From Paramecium tetraurelia (taxonomy: Eukaryota), in the NCBI GenBank assembly GCA_000165425.1, contig CT868681.1, positions 292,218-312,217 of the forward strand: DNA of 20,000 nucleotides. The letters are read 5' to 3'. Numbering within the stretch: position 1 is the stretch's first letter; each line of letters begins with the position of its first letter. The position numbers and the translations under genes were made by a program. Positions 11,100 to 20,000 of this stretch are shown here, one piece after another. Below the pieces are notes generated by a model that saw only the letters and a list, made by a program, of their open reading frames with translations, had not been told where the DNA came from and did not search any database.

Positions 11100-14077
11100 A
11101 AATTTATGGATTTTATAATTAAAAACCACTTTTATCCAAAATGATGAGTAATTTTGTAATTATGGTAATTAATTATTGGTAGAGTGCTAGGATTTTGTAA
11201 TTCTCTGCTCTAAATAAATCTTAAATCTTATTTGCTAAAAGACAGGAAGTGTCTATTACCAACTAAGTACTTTACTATTTAACGATTAGGCTAGCATTAT
11301 TGTATTCAATAGACCTTGCAACTATGCTCAAATTAAGGTAATAATTTAAAATAAAAATTCTTCCACTTTAAGGATGGTAGATTATAAGTAAAGATAGTGA
11401 TTTAAGGAATTAAATATTTAATAAAGACTTCTGTTTCCTTACTTATAATTTGTTCAATATATTTCAGTATATTCGAACTTCGAATTGCTATATTACTGAA
11501 TATACAAAAGTAATAACTTTATCGAATATCAAATCTTATGAGTCATTCTTGTAATAAGTTAGAGTATTGAGGATGTATTTAGATGGAGAAGTTTGAATGT
11601 TGAAAATAGTAAATTCATCAATTATTCAGAGACAATAATTTTGTTAGAAAGTTGAAATTTAGAATAAGACAAAAACTTATTTTGGTAGAATCCTTTTGAA
11701 CAAAATAAAGTATTTTTCAGTTTCAGAATTATCAAAAGATCGGTTAGCTAAACTAGAATTTAAACATAATTAATTAAATTTGCCATTTTAAATTGTATCA
11801 ATATTTGAAGCTATCAGATGGCACTTATTATAACTCCCAATTACCAACATCAATCCGGTGCTCGAGCTTAGGAAAGATATCGAGAGTTTCGTGAATGAAA
11901 TTATATTATGCTTCAAATTTAGACCTTATTTTAAAAAGTTGAAATTTTTTCTTTTTTGAAAATATATTGATGATTTTTTCCAAAATCCCTGTCATAGTTC
12001 AATAAATACCCTCTCTGAATATCAGCACCTCTTGATATTATTCGCTTCCAAGAAATAATTGCTACATTATCAATTTTGCTTTTTAATAGAAAAAGACATG
12101 AAATTTTTATTATTTAATAGCAGCTTTAGAACTAAATATAATTGACACTATATAGAGAACAGGATATCTTCTATCACAATCTTATTTTCCACTTTGTTTT
12201 CTAATCCTTTAAATCGATTATCAAATTTCTTACAAAAAGGAAAGTGAGTCTTTGTGTGTTCAAGGAATATCTAGTTTAATTTTCTATTATTCTGATATTC
12301 TAGATAGAGATTAGACTTAAATCTTTTGATATGAATTATTCATGGAGGAAAAGGTATAATTGATATTAATGTGAAAATTGAATTTAAATATCACCAAAAT
12401 ATAAAAGATTTCGAATTATGGTACAGCAAACCAATTAAAAATAGTTGTGATGTCCTATATTATAGTATTAGACTTGATTCTCTTTGTATATATATTGTAC
12501 TTGATTTTTTTGGAGGAAATAAGCTTAGGAAGGCAAAGAGTTATTAATACGAAGTATTTTATTTCAATAAAACATAGGAGATTTGACACCAGAATTACTT
12601 AAAAGAATCCTTTACAATGGAATAATATTTCATACTTTAAGAAGATTTAATACATAAAAATTAGATTATTTTTCTAATAGAATTCTAATTGTAGGTTAAG
12701 ATCTTTTAATAAAGACTGTTTAGAACATCAATATGTTAGTACTTTAAGTGGAACCTAGCAATCAATTTATAAAGAAATCAATATTAGATACTAATAAAGT
12801 TAGAGCTTTAAATGCTAAATTATTGTAAAGCCAAGCCTAAAGGATAAATGCTCAAAATATTCTTATCTAGTACTTATAGAAGAACTGAATGGTAATCACC
12901 GAAGCATCAGCTTAGTGATTTGTATCAGATTCGTAAAACTTAGAATAGAAAATTCCATATGGATTTTATAATAGCAAATTAATATTAAAAACTTTATATC
13001 CAATTTGACAAGCAGTTACATATTATCAAAATCTAGAAATAAAATTTCATACAAACCTAGACTATATTTATTAACAATCTTGCAATTCATGCAATTAAGT
13101 AAACAATTTACATAAGTCTTTAGATTATTGTGTATTTTGACTCCAAAATTATAACTTAAGATATCATTAGTTAAGCATGTTATTAAATGAAGTTAATCCT
13201 AAACATATGTTTGGACTTTCAAACAATCGCCATTACATTAATAAATTAATGATGAAATAAGCTTACAATAAATTTAAAGAGGTAAATTATAAACTAGTTT
13301 TAATAAATGCGATATTTGGGATTTAGATAAAGTAAATAATATGTTTAGATTGGGACTAACCTTAAAGTAAATCAATAGATAATTCGTAATAATTAGATTA
13401 AATTCTCCCAAGAAGAATAAGTCTCACAAAGTTCACATACCATGAAAATATAAAATAATCCAATAAACCTACTTATTAGTTTTTTGTATCTCATATGGAA
13501 TTTAATTCCTTTAACATTCAATTAATTAAAGACACTTATGAATATAATAGAAATAAGCATTAGAGAACGAGATTACTTTGGATTACTGAGTGCTTCTAAA
13601 AAATGAAGGAATATGTAAGTATTCTTAGGCATAACATGTTCTATAGAGAGTGTGTATTTTTTGCATCATCTTAAGAGATTCCGATTAATGTTAGAGCAGC
13701 CTTAATTTGATTAGTTAATTTGGATTTGACGAATCTAAAATCTGATTATTTTCTCTAATTTGAATTGAATGCTTGCAACATTACAATGATAAATCTCTTT
13801 AATCTTTATCAACTAAGTTTGAAGACTGGTAGGATCGAGTATTAAAGATATTATGATATTAGGTGAATCTATAAATAAAAATTAGTATTCAGTTAACAAT
13901 AACAAGCAACTCTTTAATTAAAAGAATATATGAATTCTGTTCAATTATTAATAAATGAAATTTTTTTACTTTTTTAAAAATTGATGCCTTTGCTCTTGAT
14001 TAAACAAAAAGTTCTTGAAAGGACAGTATTAGTGAATAAAATCTACTAAATTTTCCTATTCTCTTATCTTAATGATC
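11100..14077 (+). pseudogene. Possible decayed remnant of a large cysteine-rich (furin-like repeat) ciliate surface/membrane protein gene; boundaries approximate
   Basis: I could not build an intact spliced frame; the + frames I read are broken by TGA. Scattered protein-like pieces include IKDFELWYSK (about 12400), KIPYGFYNS (about 12955) and QQSCNSCNQVNNLHKSLDYCVF* (about 13075-13140). The family assignment is weak pattern recognition only. Confidence 0.25.
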
Positions 14078-14302
14078 NNNNNNNNNNNNNNNNNNNNNNN
14101 NNNNNNNNNNNNNNNNNNNNNNNNNNNNNNNNNNNNNNNNNNNNNNNNNNNNNNNNNNNNNNNNNNNNNNNNNNNNNNNNNNNNNNNNNNNNNNNNNNNN
14201 NNNNNNNNNNNNNNNNNNNNNNNNNNNNNNNNNNNNNNNNNNNNNNNNNNNNNNNNNNNNNNNNNNNNNNNNNNNNNNNNNNNNNNNNNNNNNNNNNNNN
14301 AA

Positions 14303-14840
14303 GATTCAAATCTATTTTAAACTCATATGAGGAAATGTAAATCGGAAGAGAGAGAAAATTAAAATGAGTAAACCCTTAAGATATTTCCTTAGGAATTATG
14401 TATAGAAAGATAAATTGACATACAAAAATCTATTGAATAATAAAATAACATGAACATAAAAAGCAAACTCATTTTAGACTATGGAGAGAATCTAACGAAT
14501 AAGAGACCTTCGGATCACACCTTTTCTAATTTATAAGATAAAAAATTAAGGTTGATTAATCCTGATCTTCACTTTACTTTAAAGTCTCACAAAGATTTCA
14601 GACACCGCCTGATCAACTATAATTTCCATCCTTTCTAATGTCAACAAGTTGTTCATTATAGAAGGAGGTCATGCATTGATTATAAAAGTGTAAAACCAAG
14701 AACAGCTTAAGGGAGTGGAAAGGATGTAATCGAAGTTCTCATTATGTGAGAATCAAAGGTTCCATAGAAGTCAGAAGCTACTAATTGCAGAGGAACTCCC
14801 ATATTAAAGAAAGGACTTTGATAAAGTTGGCTGGCCTTGA
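14303..14840 (+). CDS. Hypothetical protein, 5' end probably in gap 14078-14300; one predicted 25-nt intron (14726-14750)
   Basis: The frame is open from the gap edge: DSNLFQTHMRKCKSEERENQNEQTLKIFPQ...HYRRRSCIDYKSVKPRTAQGSGKD. Splicing GTAATCGAAGTTCTCATTATGTGAG continues it as NQRFHRSQKLLIAEELPYQRKDFDKVGWP-TGA (14838-14840). No recognisable domain, and the GAG acceptor is less typical than TAG. Confidence 0.45.
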
Positions 14841-17800
14841 AACAACTAGTTTAATCTTAATATAACAAGAAAATTTATTATTTGAATATAAATTTAGGAA
14901 AATTAATTTTCCATATTGTCAGTCGAAGGGCCACACAGCTATTATTATCTTTCTAAGGAGAAAAATTTAGACAAAAATTAAACTAAATTGAGAAATATGC
15001 TAGCTTTTAGATTATAATTTTCAAGATTTTCCACAATCATAAAATGTTTCTCATCTGTCCCAATTCTTAAGGTTGGAGGATCTTGTCCATAAATCATAGA
15101 AAGATGAAAAAGGCTACAGTCAAATGATGACTTCACTTAGAGCAGAGATTATGAATAAGGTTTTAGTGCATAAATTTAGATTTACAATTATTCAGTAAAA
15201 TCTTTAACTTGCTTTGATTTTAGTAATACAAATTGGATATCAGTAAGTCTACAAGTTTTCTTAAACCTAATTTGAATATTCAAATAATTTTTTAGAAATA
15301 TTATAAAAAATTTGAATACTTTAAGAATGCTTCTAAACAAGGTCTTCGTTGGAAATTTGCCTTACGCATAAACCTTAAGGCAGAAATTTAGTTTACACTT
15401 TGCCTTTGTCTTTAAGAAGTTCAAAATATAGCAATTTCTTTCTGGTATACAATTCAATTTTTTCTCATATTTTCCAAACCTTTCATTTTAAGCAGAATCA
15501 GATCTTCTTATAATGATTAGTATCGTTTGTTGAAAGTAAACTAAAAATCAATTAAAATGGGTTTCTTCTGCCGCTTATAAAGGAATTATGCAACAATTTT
15601 CATCTTTTCTTATATTGCTCAAAATCTGTTCCAATTCCCTTCTGCCATCTAAAAACTGAGCAAGGGTGTAATATAAATTCATTTAAACTATTTTTGCGAT
15701 TATGAAGATAACTTTCTAGCAGCCTTCCATGAAATTTGGATTCATCTATAGTTTCTAACTTAAGCACAACTCATGAGTGTTTGTATAAATTTTTCCTTTG
15801 AAAAACTTATTATTGCCTAAGGTCTTCCTTATAATTCTCTTGTATTTAAATTTTAAATAACAACCAGTTAAGATTTGGTTAGCACTTGCGTTGCCTAAAT
15901 TTATCAAGATGAGAGGAAATTGGTATCATCTTTTCTTTCATTAGTTTATTGTCATCATTTTCTTTTTCTTTTTGCTACAATTAATTTATTGATAAGAATT
16001 AGGATAAAATTAAATACCAGCGTTTATGAGAGTTTCAAATAGCAAGCTGTTATCACTTATGAGAAAAAAGAATCAAATTTAATATGTATAATTTTGTGCT
16101 TAACTTATTATCAAATTGATTACCCCAGATTGATCAGTTTTGAATCATTAGTATGTGGAGTTGCCATCCAGTTTGATTATCTTCAAGATACATAATTTAA
16201 ATAGAATTAAATTTGTATCCCTTGAACATTTAGCCAAACAAATCAACTTACTCATCATTCACAATTAATTTGATACAGTTAAAAAAAAATTTATTGTTCA
16301 TTTTTAATAGTTTTCAAATTCCAACCATTAGACCTCCTTAATTTAGGGTTAATGAGAATGGTTGTAAATGCTACTGAAATAACTAAAATTACAGTTGTCT
16401 AATTAAGATTTTTATAAAGTAAAGCTTTGGCTATTCGATCAAAAGAATATTAGCAAAACCTAGCTAATTTCAGAACTAAAATTTAATATTTTCCAATGAA
16501 AATCAATAAATTTATTACTTCTTTTTTTGCCTTATGTTTAGAACTCATTATGTATTTGTATTTATTGATAACATCTTTCTAATCCAATTGAGTTCCTTCT
16601 TCTTTAAATAATCAGCTTAATATATTACATATTTATGTTATAAACTTGGAAAGTATAAACGAATTAAATAAGTAGACTGGCAAATTTTGAACTTTTTGAT
16701 ATAGAGAATAATTATCAAAATAATTCAATTGTTGAAAGATTGAATTATTGGTTTCTGAATTAAAGAAAAAATTGAAAGAAAATATAGGGTTGTAGAAATT
16801 GGAAAATTGTTACATAATCTAATTTAATGAATATATTGGAGGAAGATTTATCAACCAATATTTAACACCTTATTCAATACATCATAAGAATCGCTCAGAT
16901 ATTTGTTAAAAAAATTAAGAAAAAGATCTTTTGAAATACTAAAAATAATTACATGTTAAGTGTTGAATATTATTTCATTTAATTATTCTGTCTTTTTGAA
17001 AGCATTTTTGTAATCACAATTCAATGTGTTTATAGCATCAATTGCTTATTAAAATTATTAACGATGTTTTTTTGTTTATTTATTTTTCCATTTAGTTTTT
17101 GTTATAATTAAGGATTTTGGAGCTATTTAATTAGAGAAAAGTTGAATTGAGTTTGTTCCTCAAATCTTCAGAGATAGCTTATTATTAAATTTTGTTGGTA
17201 AATGATTTTATTTAAGAGCAAAAAAACAGAAGAAACTTCAAATAATTACTATTTCCAATCACGATTTTGTGATTAGCCAGAGCACAGAAAATATTTTCGC
17301 TAGTCGAGGTCCTGAAACACATATGTATTGCTTTAGAGATAGCATGATAAATTATGTATGGATAGAGATGTAGAAGAAATTACAATTTAAAAATATAAGA
17401 TGAAGCGCGTCATTTTATACACACTCTATTGATATTATTTATAATGAATGATAGATCAGAAGGGGTACATTTTGCACTATTTAAAGCAAAATTGTAGATT
17501 AATACTTCAAATAATCAATAAAAAATAATGTATTAACTTTAAAAAATTGTCTTAATTTTAATAAAACAGTATTAATTACGAACTAAAATGTTATTTAAAG
17601 TAATATACCTACTTTAAATATTTGGAGTGGAGGGTGGTGAAAGCTCTTAAAAGCCATCAAAATAATTAGAAGAAAAAATCAGAGGAGGCAAAGCCGCACC
17701 AGACTTAAAAGTGCTAAACTATTATTTCTCATGTTTGTCACAAGCTGAAAAATTTGCAGCTGGTAGGCGCAGCACAAGAAATTAAATTTCTAATTAATTC

Positions 17801-18174
17801 AGATGAATTTTCAGGAACAAAGATATAAAGTATTAATTTTAGGAAAAATTTGATAATAGCTTTAAGTTGACCTTTAGTTTGATTTTTTCATCAAATTATC
17901 TTTGATTATTATGACTCTTTATTTTTATAAATTCTAATTGATAATTGACACTATGTTTAATTTTTTTATGATTTTTACAACTGATTTATTTTAAGTACTC
18001 AAAAGCCAGTGTTTTGTAACTCTCTTTGATATTTTACAATCAAATTAGATAAAGTTTCTTTTAGATAGAAAAAACCAAACCACTTTTGGTAGGATTTTTA
18101 ACTTTTGAGTTAATGATACTCTTCATATAACATAATTTTTTATAATTATGATTATAAAAATATTTTTAAATTTA

Positions 18175-20000
18175 ATGATGGAATTTTGTAAGGATTACCA
18201 AAACAATTAGATAATTATAGATCAAAATAATAAAAATTAGGTTGCATGTATTTAAATTTCGGAATTTAAAAAACTTACCCACCTTTCAAGCCAAATTTGT
18301 ATTTAGAAAGGAAAAAGAATTACATCAAATGGCAGCATGATTAAAATAAAGATTTATAGGATTTTAACTCAAGAATAAAAAAGGCTAATATATTTTAGGA
18401 AGGCAACAGAAAAAATAAATGAAACGAAAATAAAAATAAGAAAATAAAAGATTTAATAATATGTTAAGAAAAACATTAAGAGATTAAAAGAAACTTAAGA
18501 AATCTCTGCTTCACCAAATTAGAAAAATCTAAAAGCTAATATTCTAGATAAATCTAACATTTTTGGAGAAGCTTTGGAAAATTATGATTTAGCAATTTAG
18601 AAGAATTATCAAGATTCTTATTGTTATTTCAATATAGGTATTATTAAAAATGTATGATTTCTTAGCTGTGAAATTAGCAGAAATGAACTAATTAGAAAAA
18701 GCTTTGGAGAACTATAATTTAGCAATTTATAAATATTCAGCTGATTCAAGGTATTACAATAGCAAAGGTATATGAAATATGTGTGAATTCCTAGCTAATG
18801 CATTAGGAAAATTGAACAGATTCAAAGAAGCTTTAGAAAACTATGATTTGGCTATATAGAAAAATCCTGAAAATGCTAATTATTTTTATAACAAGGGTAT
18901 ATTTCAGTATGTATGATTTCTTAGCTATAACATTACACAAATTGGAAAGAGTCTCAGAAGCTTTGGAAAGCTTTGATTTAGCAATTTCTAAAAACTAAGA
19001 AGATTCTGAATATTTTTATTGCAAGGGTATCAGTATGAATAATTTCGTAGCTATCGCATTAGATTCTGTAAATAGATTAGAAGAAGCAATAGAAAACTAT
19101 GATTTAGCGATAAAGAAAAATTCAGAAGATTCAAGGTATTACCATGGCAAAGGTAAATATTTATGCAATCGCAGCTAATACTTTACAAAAAATGAACAGA
19201 TTAGAATTAGCTTTGAAATACTACGATTTAGCGATTTAAAAAAACCCAGAAGATTCTCGATAATTCTATAATATGGGTATTTTAAAGTATAGGTGAGTTT
19301 TAGCAATTGCCTTAGAAGAAATGAACAGACTAGAAGAGGCTTTGGAAAAATATAATCTGGCAATAAGGAAAAATCCAGCTGATTCAAGGTATTACCATGG
19401 CAAAGGTATCATGGAATTTTTATGATTTCCCAGCAAATGCATTAAATAAATTAAATAGTCTCTAAGAATCTTTGGACAACCTTAATTTAGCAATTTAGAA
19501 AAATCCCTGCGAATCATAATATAATAATGGGAAAGGTATATCAAATTTGTGGTATTACTTAGCATATATATTATATTAATTGAACAAATTAGAGGAGGCT
19601 TTGGAAAGCAATAATTAAGCCATTTAGAAAAATCCAGAAGAGGCTGATTATTATTTCGACAAAGGTATTATAAGACTTTACGAATTTTAGCTAATACTCT
19701 AGAAAAAATGAACAATTTAGATGAAGCTTTAGAATACTATAAATTAGCAATTGATAAAAATCCAGACAATGCAAGATATTACTAATGGAAAGGTGTATAA
19801 AACATTTTTTATTTCTAAGCTTATACATTACATAAAATTAACAAAATAGAAAAGGCGTTGGAAAGCAATAATTAAGCAATTTAAAAAAACCCAGAAGAGC
19901 CAGAATATTATTTCGACAAAGGTATTATAAAACTATACGAATTTTAGCTAATACTCTAGAAAAGATGAACAATTTAGATGAAGCTTTAGAATACTATTAA
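18175..20000 (+). CDS. Tetratricopeptide repeat (TPR) protein, at least 11 repeats, truncated by the window end
   Basis: ATG at 18175 opens a 463-nt first exon (MMEFCKDYQNNQII...KANILDKSNIFGEALENYDLAIQKNYQDSYCYFNI). Ten 102-nt exons follow, each encoding a 34-aa unit such as ANALGKLNRFKEALENYDLAIQKNPENANYFYNK. The spliced frame has no TGA and fits the TPR consensus (A..L......EA...Y..AI..NP). Confidence 0.95.
18638..19947 (+). other. Eleven phase-1 tiny introns, one per TPR unit: 18638-18665, 18768-18794, 18897-18924, 19027-19050, 19153-19174, 19277-19303, 19406-19433, 19536-19562, 19665-19690, 19793-19819, 19922-19947
   Basis: All are GT..AG with lengths 28,27,28,24,22,27,28,27,26,27,26 nt. 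Each splits an Ala codon as G|CT or G|CA, and each intervening exon is exactly 102 nt. Confidence 0.93.
19601..19997 (+). repeat. Near-identical direct repeat (19601-19740 and 19858-19997; offset 257 nt = two exon+intron units)
   Basis: Alignment by eye gives about 9 mismatches in 140 nt. The intron is included: gtattataagactttacgaattttag versus gtattataaaactatacgaattttag. Confidence 0.9.

Larger units (their letters stand above)
2133..14300. other. Assembly gaps (N runs): 2133-2282, 5495-6268, 7577-8491, 10266-10823, 14078-14300
   Basis: Directly visible N runs. Two border the WD40 array and one follows the telomeric tract. Confidence 0.99.

Noticed and set aside
13141..14077. Long frame with only two TGA codons, raising the idea of TGA read-through or selenocysteine
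   Set aside because: With TGA as the only stop, frames of 100-190 codons arise fairly easily by chance. There is no recognisable domain or SECIS evidence.
10824..18170. Possible Tc1/mariner transposon or retained IES near the telomere tract
   Set aside because: I saw no DDE motif or terminal inverted repeats. IESs are bounded only by TA and cannot be called without a MAC/MIC comparison.
19175..19387. 70-aa minus-strand ORF in the track
   Set aside because: It is antisense to TPR exons and has no independent support.
18638..19947. Repeat/spacer periodicity of about 128 nt resembling a CRISPR-like or other non-coding array
   Set aside because: The conserved parts translate as TPRs and the variable 22-28-nt parts are GT..AG introns. 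The context is eukaryotic with no cas genes.

Overview
Very AT-rich eukaryotic DNA from a ciliate, almost certainly a Paramecium macronuclear (MAC) assembly scaffold. Genes read through TAA/TAG as Gln with TGA as the only stop, introns are 22-28 nt GT..AG, and there is a mixed TTTGGG/TTGGGG telomeric tract. The supplied ORF track uses the standard code and runs across N gaps, so most of it is uninformative; I translated by eye with the ciliate code. Supported content: (1) a complete MFSD1-like MFS transporter gene (minus, 350-1753, 4 tiny introns); (2) a pentapeptide + WD40-repeat gene (minus, start 9265, 126-bp repeats, broken by two gaps); (3) an internal telomeric tract at about 10106-10263 beside a gap, probably an alternative chromosome-fragmentation site; (4) a short hypothetical gene fragment at 14303-14840; (5) a TPR gene from 18175 to the window end, in which each internal exon is exactly one 102-nt TPR unit between phase-1 introns. 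The rest (about 2.0-5.5 kb and most of 10.8-18.1 kb) is unusually gene-poor and looks like decayed coding sequence. There are five N gaps. I found no prokaryotic systems, RNA genes or intact mobile elements. The one-exon-per-TPR array and the variable WD40 array beside the telomere tract are the most interesting items; their novelty cannot be established without database searches.
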